Counted from the stretch's first letter, positions 9,548 through 20,800 are shown. The stretch: DNA of 30,421 bases from Verrucomicrobia bacterium UBA3841 (GCA_002392765.1 DGHT01000015.1:16531-46951), one strand, 5' to 3'. A program made the numbers and translations. The notes: generated by a model from the sequence alone, not told the origin.

Positions 9548-11957
9548 GTATGTCAAGGTAGACGACATCGATCCGCACGAGTTGGCCGAGAAGCTGACGC
9601 GGGCCGGCCTTCAGGTAGAAACCGTGGAAACGGTCGGCAAGGCCGCGCTGGGCGATCTTTTCGTCGTCGTTGAAGTTTTGGAATGCGTAGACCATCCCGA
9701 TTCCGACCATCTGCACGTATGCAAGGTCACGGACGGCAAGGAGACTTTCCAGGTCGTCTGCGGCGCGCCCAACATGCGCGCAGGCATCAAGACGGCCTTC
9801 TCGAAAATCGGCGCGGTCATCCCGAACGGCGGCTTCAAGATCAAAAAAGGCAAACTGCGCGGCGTCGAATCTTTCGGCATGTGCTGCAGTTCGGCGGAGC
9901 TTGATCTTCCCGGCGGAGACCATTCCGGCATCATGGAATTCCCCTCGGAGACTCCAACCGGCGCGTTCGTCCGCGATGTAGTCAAGCAGGAGAAACCCGA
10001 AACGGTGTTCGACATCGAAGTCACCTGGAACAGGCCGGACGCGCTTTCCGTCGTCGGCATAGCCAGGGAGTTCGCCGCGATTCTCCACAGGGATGTGAAG
10101 CTTCCCGAAACTGATTTCACGGAGACGTCCACGCCAGTCGAATCGGAAATAAAGGTAGTCGTCGAAGATACGGTCAAGTGTCCGCGCTACACGGCCAGGG
10201 TCGTGACGAAAGTAGAGGACGGTCCCTCGCCGGAAATCATCGCGAAGAGGCTCGAACTTTGCGGAATGCGTTCGCTCGGCCTTGTGGTCGACGTCACGAA
10301 CTACGTAATGCTCGAACTCGGCCAGCCGCTCCACGCTTTCGACTACACGAAGCTCGCCGGCAGGACGATCGTCGTAAGGACGGCGAAGGAAGGCGAAACG
10401 ATGAAGACGCTCGACGGCGTCGAGCGCAAGCTCGATCCCGACATGCTTCTCATCTGCGACAGCGTCCGTCCGAACGCCGTGGCCGGCGTGATGGGCGGCG
10501 AGGAAAGCGAGATCGCCTCCGGCACAAGATCCGTGATGCTTGAAAGCGCGCTGTTCGATCCCGCGTCGGTGAAGAAGACGTCTACGAAACTCGGCATCGC
10601 TTCCGAGGCGGCGTACAGGTACATAAGGGGCGTGGACAAGGATCTGGCGGATTTCGCCAGCCGCCGCGCCGCGCATCTTTTCCAGAAGTACGGCAAGGCG
10701 GAGATTGCGCGCGGAATCGTCGACGCCGACTTCCGCAAGAAGCCGCTCAACGCCGACATAACCCTCAATTTCGAACGGGCCAGAAGGCTTATCGGAATAC
10801 CGGTTGGAAACGACGCGATGGTGTTCATCCTCAAATCGCTCGGTCTCGAGCCGCGTGCGTCAGAAAAACTGTTCGCGGGACTCGAATCGGTCGATTTCGC
10901 AATACCGTCCTGGCGGTGGGATCTCGAACTCGAGGCCGATCTCGTCGAAGAGATTGCGAGAATCTACGGGCTCGACAACATTCCTGACAAGATGCCGTCG
11001 GCGCCGTCGATCTCGCCGCTCGCCCAGACGCGTTTCGACGCGATTTCCAAAATCCGCAGCACGTGTCTCGCGCTCGGTTTCACCGAAGCGATGCACTACT
11101 CGTTCCTCTCTGCGAAAGAGACTTCCGATTTCGATCCAGGCAAGGCGTCCTCCGCGCTCAAGATCCCCGATCCCGTATCGGCCGAATTCGCCGTCATGAG
11201 GAATTCGCTCCTTCCGCAGATGATGGGTTCGCTCGGCAGAAACGCATCGCGCCAGATCGAAAGCGCCATGCTTTTCGAAATCGGCAAGATCTACGGCGAA
11301 ATCCAGGGCAAGTGCATCGAAAAGGACGTGCTGTCGCTCGGATTCTACGGACCGGCCGGACGCGACGCCGTCTCGAAAAGAGCGCCGCTTGCGGAAGAGG
11401 AGGCTTTTCTGTGGATGAAGGGCGCCGTGACTGAGCTGCTGTTCAGGTTGCACGCGGGCAAACTCGAATTCGCGCCGCTCGCGGACCATCCGGCCTTTGC
11501 GCAAGGCGCCGCTGCGACGGTCAGGCTCAACGGGCGCGACATCGGGGTGATGGGCGCGCTTTCGCAGAAGATGCGCCATCCCTACCGTCTCACATCGCAG
11601 ATGGTTCTTTGCGAGCTAGACATGAAACCGCTCATGAAGAACTGCGCCGCAGCGGGTAAAGTCTCGCCGGTGCCGCAATTCCCGCCCGTGAGGCGCGACA
11701 TCGCTGTAATCGCCGGGGCGGGAGTGACGAACGATTCAATTGTCGAGACGATCCGCCGAAACGGCGGAGGATTGTTGACTAACGTCGATCTCTTTGATAT
11801 ATTCAAGATGAAAGGATCGGAGCGGAAGTCTCTGGCGTATACGCTCGAATTCCGTTCCGGCGAGCGGACGCTTACCGACGACGAGGTCGGGAACGTGTTC
11901 CGCCGGATCGTCGAAGCCCTCAAATCGGCGCCCGGCGTCGAGGTGAGAGAGGGCTGA
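9519..11957 (+). CDS. pheT: Phenylalanine--tRNA ligase beta subunit
   Basis: 812 aa with the canonical start MKIPLSWLNEYV. A tRNA-binding OB region is followed by B3/4 and B5 regions and an anticodon-binding C-terminus typical of PheT. GAGGA lies upstream of the ATG. Confidence 0.9.
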   Translation: MKIPLSWLNEYVKVDDIDPHELAEKLTRAGLQVETVETVGKAALGDLFVVVEVLECVDHPDSDHLHVCKVTDGKETFQVVCGAPNMRAGIKTAFSKIGAVIPNGGFKIKKGKLRGVESFGMCCSSAELDLPGGDHSGIMEFPSETPTGAFVRDVVKQEKPETVFDIEVTWNRPDALSVVGIAREFAAILHRDVKLPETDFTETSTPVESEIKVVVEDTVKCPRYTARVVTKVEDGPSPEIIAKRLELCGMRSLGLVVDVTNYVMLELGQPLHAFDYTKLAGRTIVVRTAKEGETMKTLDGVERKLDPDMLLICDSVRPNAVAGVMGGEESEIASGTRSVMLESALFDPASVKKTSTKLGIASEAAYRYIRGVDKDLADFASRRAAHLFQKYGKAEIARGIVDADFRKKPLNADITLNFERARRLIGIPVGNDAMVFILKSLGLEPRASEKLFAGLESVDFAIPSWRWDLELEADLVEEIARIYGLDNIPDKMPSAPSISPLAQTRFDAISKIRSTCLALGFTEAMHYSFLSAKETSDFDPGKASSALKIPDPVSAEFAVMRNSLLPQMMGSLGRNASRQIESAMLFEIGKIYGEIQGKCIEKDVLSLGFYGPAGRDAVSKRAPLAEEEAFLWMKGAVTELLFRLHAGKLEFAPLADHPAFAQGAAATVRLNGRDIGVMGALSQKMRHPYRLTSQMVLCELDMKPLMKNCAAAGKVSPVPQFPPVRRDIAVIAGAGVTNDSIVETIRRNGGGLLTNVDLFDIFKMKGSERKSLAYTLEFRSGERTLTDDEVGNVFRRIVEALKSAPGVEVREG

Positions 11958-12126
11958 GACAACGAACGTGGGTCCTGTGTTGCACGCGGATTGAGCAGAT
12001 GTTTCTTCGACCGTCATATTACGATGGGGTTCCTCGCGGAATCCTCTTTGAAACCGAGGGTTATGGGGAGTCTGTGTTACGGCAATGCGGGATCTTTTCA
12101 ACCGTTATGCGGGAAGGGAGCCGGAT

Positions 12127-13002
12127 ATGAATTTGAGAGCGTTTATTTTGTCTGCGGCGATCGCGTCGCTCGCCGTCTGCGCCGGCGCGCAGCAGGCTTC
12201 GACCGGAGTTTTTCCGAAACCGCCGCCCGAAGCGGCCAAGGTGTTGAAACGCACCGTAGGCAGGCCCATCGACGCAGGCATGGTTTTCATCGCCGGCAAA
12301 TACATCAAGCCGCCCTATACTGTCGAGCGTCACGGGACGGTAATCAAAATCAATGGCATCCAGGCGACGAAAGAGATCATTCCGTGGACCGAATTCATCA
12401 AGACCCAGCAAGGCGTAGTCGCTACCAAAACCGTTTCCGAAGTCCCCGGCGGGGGTTCCTCCAATGTTCCTCCGCCCCCGGAACCGGAAGTCGAGGAGGA
12501 AGAGGACGATTTCGACGCCGACAGCAGTCTCGACGATCTTTTCGACGACGATCCGAAACCCAAGAAAAAGCAGCCGCCGAAAAAAAGGAAATCCGGCGCG
12601 CGACCGAAACCGCGCAAGCCGGCCGTTTCCGTATCGTACACGTTCGACGGGGAATTCGTCCACAACGACAAAACAAAGGTGTATGTCGATAAAATCAACA
12701 CCGCCAGAACGTCCGTGGACAAGCGTCTCAGATCGGGCGGATGCTTCTTTTTCGGGCCCAAATACGGTCAGTGCTACATACAGATGTCGCTGGCGAAATC
12801 GTTTTTGTCGAAGATCCCCGAAATCATGAAAAACAACCCCGCCCGCGCAGGTTTCGAGCAGGCGATCCGCGGGGCCGGTTTCACCTATCTTCCAAACTCC
12901 GCCATCACGGAGCTGTTCAGAAACAGGTTGGACTATCCCCGCCTCATGGAGAGGAGGAAAACCATGGAAGAGAAGAACAGGTGGCCCGGACTGGTCAAAT
13001 AA
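12127..13002 (+). CDS. Secreted hypothetical protein with acidic/basic charge blocks
   Basis: The internal ATG at 12127 gives a signal-peptide-like start (MNLRAFILSAAIASLAVCAGAQQ) preceded by GGGAG. The central tract reads EEEEDDFDADSSLDDLFDDD followed by PKPKKKQPPKKRKSGARPKPRKP. Confidence 0.55.
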   Translation: MNLRAFILSAAIASLAVCAGAQQASTGVFPKPPPEAAKVLKRTVGRPIDAGMVFIAGKYIKPPYTVERHGTVIKINGIQATKEIIPWTEFIKTQQGVVATKTVSEVPGGGSSNVPPPPEPEVEEEEDDFDADSSLDDLFDDDPKPKKKQPPKKRKSGARPKPRKPAVSVSYTFDGEFVHNDKTKVYVDKINTARTSVDKRLRSGGCFFFGPKYGQCYIQMSLAKSFLSKIPEIMKNNPARAGFEQAIRGAGFTYLPNSAITELFRNRLDYPRLMERRKTMEEKNRWPGLVK

Positions 13003-13042
13003 CGGCAGACCCGGCCCGCCATTCAGGAAGCCGGGAACAAAG

Positions 13043-14340
13043 ATGAACGAACTCGCAAAACAACTGAACGAAACTTTGGGCGGCGCGGCGGAATTCCTTT
13101 CGCCCGAAGGCCTTGAAATGTATTTTCCGTACGGGGGCATCCTCGGACAGGGAGCCGAGGCGAAGGGATGCTCGATAAACGCCACGATCGGCATGGCGTT
13201 CGAGGAGGACGGAACGGCGCTCGTCATGGACTGCTTCAGCAAAAACCTGAACGCCGACAAGAAAGTGTTTCTCTACGAGGGGAGTTTCGGCAATCCGGAA
13301 CTGAGGAAGACGTGGCGCGAGATGGAATTCCGCAAAAATCCCTCTCTGGCGGGGAAGAAGATATCGTCTCCCGTCGTCACGAACGCCCTCACCCACGGTC
13401 TCAGAATCGCGGCCGAACTCTTCGCCGCCCCCGGCGACGAAGTCGTCGTGCCCGATTTGTACTGGGACAACTATTCACTCATATTCGACACTGCCGCCGG
13501 TTCGAAAATTGCAACCTTCAACACGTTCAAGGACGGATCGTTCGATACGGAGGCGCTCGAAAAGGCTCTCCTTTCACCAGGCGCCAAAAAGATTCTCGTT
13601 TTGAACTTTCCGAACAATCCGACCGGATATACCGCTACGTTCTCCGATGCCGCCAAAATCGTCGCCGCCGTGAAAAAAGCGGCGGACGCGGGAAAGAAGA
13701 TCGTTGTGATTCTCGACGACGCCTATTTCGGGCTCGTTTACGAAGAGGGTGTGCACGGAGAGTCGCTTTTCGCCGAATTCGCCGATCTTTCGCCGAACGT
13801 GATGGCCGTCAAACTCGACGGCACGACGAAGGAGGATTACGTATGGGGCCTTCGGGTCGGTTTCATCACTTTCGCGTTCGCCGGGGCGACGGACGCGCAA
13901 CTCAAGGCGCTGGAGGCGAAGGCGGCCGGCAACGTGCGAAGCGGCGTTTCCAACATATCCTCCATCGGACAGAAACTCGCGGTCAAGGCTTTCTCGGATC
14001 CGGACTACGAAAAAGAAAAGAAGGAAAAATACGAAGTCCTGCTGAAACGCTACCGCAAGATCAGGGAAATCCTTGCCGCGCATCCCGAATACGCGGCGAG
14101 ATTTTCTCCGATGCCTTTCAATTCGGGGTATTTTATGTGCGTAAAACCGGTTGGCGCCGATCCCGAAGCCGTGCGCAGGCGGCTGATCGAGGCGTATTCC
14201 ACCGGCACGATCGTCCTTTCGGGCCTCATTCGTCTTGCTTTTTCCACAATTCCGCTGGACAAACTTGAAACTCTTTTCGCGAACGTAGCATCGGCTGTCG
14301 ATGACGTGCGCGAAGCAACAAAACAAAACAAGGAGCCAAC

Positions 14341-14344
<4 letters not shown>
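13043..14344 (+). CDS. PLP-dependent aminotransferase, class I/II fold
   Basis: 433 aa. It has LNFPNNPTGYT and DDAYFGLVYE motifs typical of class I/II aminotransferases. Substrate is not assignable by eye. Confidence 0.75.
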
Positions 14345-15814
<1,470 letters not shown>

Positions 15815-15831
<17 letters not shown>

Positions 15832-16669
15832 TAAATTCGAGGCATACGCAAAAATCAACCTCTTTCTTGAGGTTCTCGGGAAGCGCGCGGATGGATACCA
15901 CGCGCTTCGTTCTTTAGTCGTCCCCGTGTCCCTGTCGGACACTTTGGCGATCCGGAAATCAGATACGATGCGCTCCTCCTTCGGCTTCGCCGACGATCTT
16001 TGCCTGAAGGCGGCGCGCGTCCTTTCCGGAGCCGTCGGCAGAGAACTCGGAGCGGACATATCGGGAATCAAACGCATCCCGGCCGGAGGCGGGCTGGGCG
16101 GCGGCAGTTCCGACGCCGCGGCCGTGCTCGACGCGCTTGATTCGATGTACGGTCTAGGGCTTTCGCGCGAGCGGCTCGCGGAAATCGCCGCGGATGTCGG
16201 TTCTGACGTGCCGGCGCTGGTTCTGTCGCGCCGCTGCGGCGCGGTGCTTATGGAAGGGCGCGGCGAAATCGTAACGCCCGTCGAGGGGTTTCCCCGTCTG
16301 CACTTCGTCTTGGTGAATCCCGGAGTTTTTTCGTCCACCGCGAAAGTTTTCGCAAAATGCAACTTTTGCGTGACAAACAGGCCTCCGATATTGTATAATA
16401 TATTGAACGCATTGAAAAAGGGCGATCTGGAAGGCGTCGCTGGTTCGTTCGCGAACGATCTGGAAGCTCCTGCGGTCGCGCTTGAGCCGCGTATAGGCGA
16501 GGTGCTCGGCGAAGTTAGAAGGGCGGGCGCTGTCGGCGCCGCGATGAGCGGCAGCGGTTCGACGGTGTTCGGTCTTGCGAGAGACGAGGCCCATGCGAAA
16601 GAGATTGCATCGGCGCTTGAAGGACGCGATTTGAAGGTTTGGTGCGTTCACAGCTGTCCCGTGGTGTAG
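15815..16669 (+). CDS. ispE: 4-diphosphocytidyl-2-C-methyl-D-erythritol kinase
   Basis: The N-terminus AYAKINLFLEVLGKRADGYH is typical of IspE, and the GHMP kinase motif is PAGGGLGGGSSDAAA. Candidate ATGs at 15809, 15812 and 15815 lie inside the upstream poly-Asp codons in another frame. Upstream of these, the listed ORF (15641..) is an out-of-frame read-through of the previous gene. Confidence 0.85.
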
Positions 16670-16728
16670 AGGCTGCACAGGAGATTTTGATTCTCTTGGT
16701 TCTGGTTCGATTCCAGACGGGACAACCA
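16655..16728 (+). tRNA. tRNA-Gln (anticodon UUG), CCA encoded
   Basis: Hand-folded cloverleaf. Acceptor: TGTCCCG / CGGGACA (U1:A72). D arm: GTGT-AGAGGCT-GCAC. Anticodon arm: GGAGA-TTTTGAT-TCTCT, with TTG at 16687-16689. Variable loop: 4 nt. T arm: TCTGG-TTCGATT-CCAGA. Discriminator A, then CCA. Confidence 0.85.
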
Positions 16729-16742
16729 TTTTCTCCCTCGCC

Positions 16743-16818
16743 GTTTCTTTTTTCTGTTGCCATTCGACGCGGGCTTATGATATAATCCTTGCGAACCTCA
16801 AATCAGGTTCAAAAACCC
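16743..16818 (+). repeat. Left copy of 76-bp perfect direct repeat
   Basis: gtttcttttttctgttgccattcgacgcgggcttatgatataatccttgcgaacctcaaatcaggttcaaaaaccc is identical base for base to 29776-29851. The flanking bases differ on both sides. Confidence 0.95.
16757..16786 (+). promoter_or_regulatory. Sigma70-like promoter inside the left repeat
   Basis: TTGCCA (16757-16762), 18-nt spacer, TATAAT (16781-16786). The geometry matches the pcnB promoter. It faces the M48 gene. Confidence 0.45.
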
Positions 16819-16887
16819 GAAATAAAATGATCAAGTCCAGAAGAACGGGAGGGCGGCCGTCCCCGGCCGTCGAAACGGATCGAGGAA

Positions 16888-17781
16888 ATGAACTACAGAG
16901 AATTCATACACCCGGAGGACGAGGCGGCATTGCGCAATCTTGAGGCCGTTCCTGGTTTCGATACTGTCGCGCGCTTCATCCTGGAACATTTCACGGAAGA
17001 CATGATGCATGGTCTCTATATGGCGCAGAATGTACGCCTGTCGCCGTCGCAACTTCCGGAAATATTCAATCTGTTGCCGCCGATATGCGGAAAATTCGAA
17101 ATTGAATTGCCGGAATTTTACCTCACGATGGATCCTAGACCCAACGCCTGGACGATTGGCGACAAGCGCAAGTTCATCGTATTGACGAGCGGACTTCTTG
17201 ACCACATCGCCGACAAGGATGAATTGCAGTCCATAATCGCGCATGAATGCGGACACATTGTATGCCGGCACGTGCTGTACAACACCATTGCAATGCTGCT
17301 GGTGAAATTTGGCGAGAGCCTGGGCTTTGGCCGGATTGTCATCGCACCTATTCTCCTGGCCATAAAATATTGGCAGCGGCGCAGCGAGCTTTCCGCAGAC
17401 AGGGCGAGCGCGGTGTACACCGGCGGTCACGAAGTTCCGTGCCGTGCCCTGTTGAGGATATGCGGCGGACCTGACAACTTGACGAAAAACATCAACCTTC
17501 CGGAATATGCCGAACAGGCAAAGGCGTACGATGCATTGGTTGCAAAGAGCAAGTGGAACAAACTTCTTCAAAACATGGCGATAATGGATGCAGACCATCC
17601 TTTTGCCGCTGTTCGCGTACGAGAATTGTTGTCCTGGGCGGGTAGCGAACAGTTTGCGAAACTAAAGCAGGCGATGTCTGCGGCGGAAGTCTTGCCAATG
17701 TGTCGGAAGTGCGGACGGCGCATTGCTGCCGATGCGAAATTCTGCAGGTACTGCGGCAATAATTTGAAAGGAGAGAAGTGA
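16888..17781 (+). CDS. M48-family zinc metallopeptidase with C-terminal zinc ribbon
   Basis: HECGH at 17242-17256 is preceded by NAWT..FIVLTSGLL and followed by ELSADR (third zinc ligand region), as in the M48/HtpX-like family. The C-terminus is CRKCGRRIAADAKFCRYCG (CxxC-x10-CxxC). Confidence 0.75.
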   Translation: MNYREFIHPEDEAALRNLEAVPGFDTVARFILEHFTEDMMHGLYMAQNVRLSPSQLPEIFNLLPPICGKFEIELPEFYLTMDPRPNAWTIGDKRKFIVLTSGLLDHIADKDELQSIIAHECGHIVCRHVLYNTIAMLLVKFGESLGFGRIVIAPILLAIKYWQRRSELSADRASAVYTGGHEVPCRALLRICGGPDNLTKNINLPEYAEQAKAYDALVAKSKWNKLLQNMAIMDADHPFAAVRVRELLSWAGSEQFAKLKQAMSAAEVLPMCRKCGRRIAADAKFCRYCGNNLKGEK

Positions 17782-18020
17782 TGGGTATTGTGGAGAAACT
17801 GGACGAACTTGTCCAGAAGTCGGCGTCGTTCCGGAAAATAATGGAGGACGGCGTGGTTGAAGACAGCGAAGTTGAAGAGCAGGCAAAGCGGGTTGAGACG
17901 CTGCTTGCGGAGCTGGAGCGGAGTCTTTCGCCCGGTGATTTCGAGCGGGTCGCTGAGTTTATGGCAGAACTTTCGGTGCTGCAGGTGATCCTGCGCTACA
18001 ATCAGATTGGAGGACGGTGA
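17781..18020 (+). CDS. Small acidic, predicted helical protein
   Basis: 79-aa ORF whose ATG overlaps the upstream TGA (TGATG). No motif recognised. Support comes from operon packing only. Confidence 0.4.
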   Translation: MGIVEKLDELVQKSASFRKIMEDGVVEDSEVEEQAKRVETLLAELERSLSPGDFERVAEFMAELSVLQVILRYNQIGGR

Positions 18021-18021
18021 C

Positions 18022-18522
18022 ATGGCTTTCGCTTCGCAAATGAAATTCAACGTTTCGCCGAGCTGCATTCCGCACATGGCAAAGGCATTGGAGAATGCGC
18101 TCAGGGAAGAGGGATATGATACGAAGTGCGACACATTGTTGAACGGCGACGTTGTCGTTTCGCTGACAAAAGGAGGAATGTTCAAGGCTGTTGTCGGAAT
18201 GAAAACCGCGCTCAAAGTGGAGCTTCGCGCCGACTGCGGAAGCGTCCTTGCCAAGACGGGCGTCGGCATCTGGGGCCATCAGATAGTGCCAACCGTAATC
18301 ATGCTCCTCTGGTTCTGGCCTGTACTCATTACGCAGATATGGGGTCTTGTGCAGCAAAGCCGTCTTGACGCGCACGTGATGGATATCCTGTCCAGGGCGG
18401 TGTCCGGCGGGATGGACGCAATAGACGTTCCATCAGAGGACGTTTCCTCTGCCCGCTTTTGTTCCGAGTGCGGCAAGCCTGTCCACGGCAATTTCTGCTC
18501 CAACTGCGGCGCGAAGGTGTAA
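18022..18522 (+). CDS. Single-pass membrane protein with C-terminal zinc ribbon
   Basis: ATG at 18022, 8 nt after GGAGG (18009-18013). One hydrophobic helix (IVPTVIMLLWFWPVLITQIWGLV). The C-terminus is CSECGKPVHGNFCSNCG. Confidence 0.55.
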   Translation: MAFASQMKFNVSPSCIPHMAKALENALREEGYDTKCDTLLNGDVVVSLTKGGMFKAVVGMKTALKVELRADCGSVLAKTGVGIWGHQIVPTVIMLLWFWPVLITQIWGLVQQSRLDAHVMDILSRAVSGGMDAIDVPSEDVSSARFCSECGKPVHGNFCSNCGAKV

Positions 18523-18532
18523 GGAGGGGTTG

Positions 18533-20800
18533 ATGAACGGAATGGTGTTTGCGTTCAAGACGGCCGTGTACCTTGCGTTCGGGGCTTTGACGACCGCTGC
18601 AATGCTGCTTGTTATGGTGCGGGCGGCTCGGAATAAGTATGCGATGATATTGATTGGCGTATTTCTCTTCATCGCAGGGTTTGTTACATATTTCTCTCCG
18701 GTTGAGTCTTGCGGCAAAGCAGGCGGCTCGCACGGGATTCCCGGCAGTGCGAATGACTGCGCCCGTCCTGTGTCTGCAAATACGAATGAATGTTTGCGCG
18801 CAAACGCATGTATGGCGGATTCGACGCAAAACACTGCGGACGACATCTCCGCAGGCGGATGCGTTTTCATTAAAAACGGTGCAAAATCACTGTCGTCGGT
18901 GAACAGGACTCTCTCGGCTTTTTATCCGTCAAGAGGGGAGTACGACGACACGCCTCCACCAGGCTGGGGCGGGCTGAAATACTGGCTGTTCCATCTCGCC
19001 GCGATTCTTTATATCTTGACACTTGCGGTTTCCTACTTCGGTATTGAGCTGATCAACGCGGCGTCGCTGTGGATGCGCAAACAGGCGAAAAAATGGCGAC
19101 TCGGCGCATTCGTGCGGCAATCGGAATTGAATGTGTTCTGGGATGCGGGGCAGGAATCGGAAGCATTGGCCGGACAGATGCCGTCGAAAAGCGTCGTTTT
19201 CGCAATCGCAGCCGGCGGACGGTCGTGGCGTAAACTTCAGGACGACGATGCGATATGCAGACTTGTTCGCAAGGGTGTGTTGTGGATTTCTTCCGATTCC
19301 AAAACCAATCGCAGACTGCTGACAATCGCAAGACGCCATTTCTTCATCGGTCCGGACTGCCATGAAAACGTTGTGAAGGCGCAGAAATATGTTCAGTTTT
19401 TGTATGACGAAAACATTCGGCATAAGGTCGATGTGTATGTTCGCGTGTGGTCGGATGCCGATGATGACGCCGTCTACGCATGGGCGGACAAATGGAACGG
19501 CAGGTTTTCGAAAGAAGGATTCCTGACGCAGATAAACGTTCTGCGCGAAGAGTCCATCGTCTCCAGGAGATTCCTTGTAGACCATCCAATGCTGGATTGT
19601 CCCGGAGTGAGAGTTTCCGATTGCCATACGGCTTCTGTCGCAGGCGAATTCAAGTTGCTTGTTGTCGGCTTTGGCGTTCAGGGAGAGCGGCTTATGGGCG
19701 ACATGATCTGCGATGCGCAATTCCCGGACGGGAAAGGCGGCGCGATTCCGGTTTCCGTCGATGTGGTTGACAGGGACGATGCGTCGTTTGGATGGTGGAA
19801 GGCGAACTGCAAAGAGGCGTGTGCGCGGTATGGAATCCATTTCGAGAACTGTGCCGCCGAAAGCGACCGCTTTTGGAGGTTTATTGAAAGCCGTTGTGTG
19901 TACAACCGGATTGTGATCAGCACTCATGACGACATCTTGAATCTCCGGTTGGCGAACGACATTGCCAATTACTATGCTAAACGGTATAGGATGGATTATG
20001 CGGTACTGCGCAATACAATCTTCGCGCGCGTTCGCAGACCTTCGCTGTCCAAGGTGCTTTGCGGCGGCATGGCGGACAGATATCAGCTGTTCGGCGATGT
20101 ACTGGACACGTATTCTCCGAAATGGCTGCTGAACGACTCGTGGGACGATGGAGCAAAATTCATCAACGGTGTCTGGAGCGCCGTGTACGATGAAGATTTC
20201 AGGAAGCTTCCCGACGGGGCGGACGTGATCAGATGGTACCTCGACAATATGGATCGCGGCGAGAAATACTGGGCGGCAAGGCCAATGCTCGACAAGGAAT
20301 CTTCCCGTGCGTCGTTCTTGCACATGAGAAACATTTTGCGTCTGATGGGATATGAGTGCAGGCGTGACATGCCAACGGATGAGAATGCAGGGATAAAACA
20401 GCTGGAGATACCGGAAAACCAGAAGGAGGAGTTGAAATGCGCGGCCGGGGACGCAAAGCGCCGGGAGAAGCTTGCCGAGTCGGAACATTTGCGATGGATG
20501 GCCTTCCATTTTGTCCGGGGCTGGGAGAAGTGGAGCCCGACCGAGGACGAGCTTGAGAAGCTCTCCAACGGCGGCAAGAACAGAGTCGAGCCTAACAGCA
20601 TGAAGAGTCGTGCTCGCATACACGCGAACCTTGAGGATTTTGCCAGGCTGGACGAGGTTGACGAGAAGTTCAACATGATTAACAGGAAGAATGGCAGGGA
20701 GTCTGTTAATTCGAAGGACAAGGACATAAACATCATATATGGCATCGAAGCCATTTACGCGACCGGCTTTCGCGTGTTCAAAAAGGCGTGTGACACGTGA
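18533..20800 (+). CDS. Membrane protein with Rossmann-like (TrkA-N/RCK-like) region and C-terminal RyR-like domain
   Basis: ATG 5 nt after GGAGG (18523-18527). About three N-terminal hydrophobic helices. VVGFGVQG glycine-rich motif (GFGVQG at 19667-19684). The C-terminus EHLRWMAFHFVRGWEKW...IHANLEDFARLDEVDEKF...DKD resembles the RyR-domain pattern of the next gene. Confidence 0.55.
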   Translation: MNGMVFAFKTAVYLAFGALTTAAMLLVMVRAARNKYAMILIGVFLFIAGFVTYFSPVESCGKAGGSHGIPGSANDCARPVSANTNECLRANACMADSTQNTADDISAGGCVFIKNGAKSLSSVNRTLSAFYPSRGEYDDTPPPGWGGLKYWLFHLAAILYILTLAVSYFGIELINAASLWMRKQAKKWRLGAFVRQSELNVFWDAGQESEALAGQMPSKSVVFAIAAGGRSWRKLQDDDAICRLVRKGVLWISSDSKTNRRLLTIARRHFFIGPDCHENVVKAQKYVQFLYDENIRHKVDVYVRVWSDADDDAVYAWADKWNGRFSKEGFLTQINVLREESIVSRRFLVDHPMLDCPGVRVSDCHTASVAGEFKLLVVGFGVQGERLMGDMICDAQFPDGKGGAIPVSVDVVDRDDASFGWWKANCKEACARYGIHFENCAAESDRFWRFIESRCVYNRIVISTHDDILNLRLANDIANYYAKRYRMDYAVLRNTIFARVRRPSLSKVLCGGMADRYQLFGDVLDTYSPKWLLNDSWDDGAKFINGVWSAVYDEDFRKLPDGADVIRWYLDNMDRGEKYWAARPMLDKESSRASFLHMRNILRLMGYECRRDMPTDENAGIKQLEIPENQKEELKCAAGDAKRREKLAESEHLRWMAFHFVRGWEKWSPTEDELEKLSNGGKNRVEPNSMKSRARIHANLEDFARLDEVDEKFNMINRKNGRESVNSKDKDINIIYGIEAIYATGFRVFKKACDT

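Noticed and set aside
6818-9568. 916-aa ORF on the minus strand (also 9531..10676 -, 12061..13260 -, 3042..3824 -)
   Set aside because: These ORFs are antisense to strongly supported ilvD, pheT and other + strand genes. They are Arg/Gly/Ala-rich with no recognisable motif, which is the typical stop-poor shadow frame of high-GC DNA.
11958-12126. Structured RNA or terminator in the 169-nt pheT-downstream spacer
   Set aside because: I found only an imperfect short hairpin (ggttcc..ggaatcc) with no clear T-run. There is no convincing riboswitch-like or terminator structure.
16827-16950. Small upstream ORF (MIKSRRTGGRPSPAVETDRGNE...) overlapping the M48 start
   Set aside because: It is out of frame with M48, has no RBS and is low-complexity Arg/Gly-rich. 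It is most likely chance.
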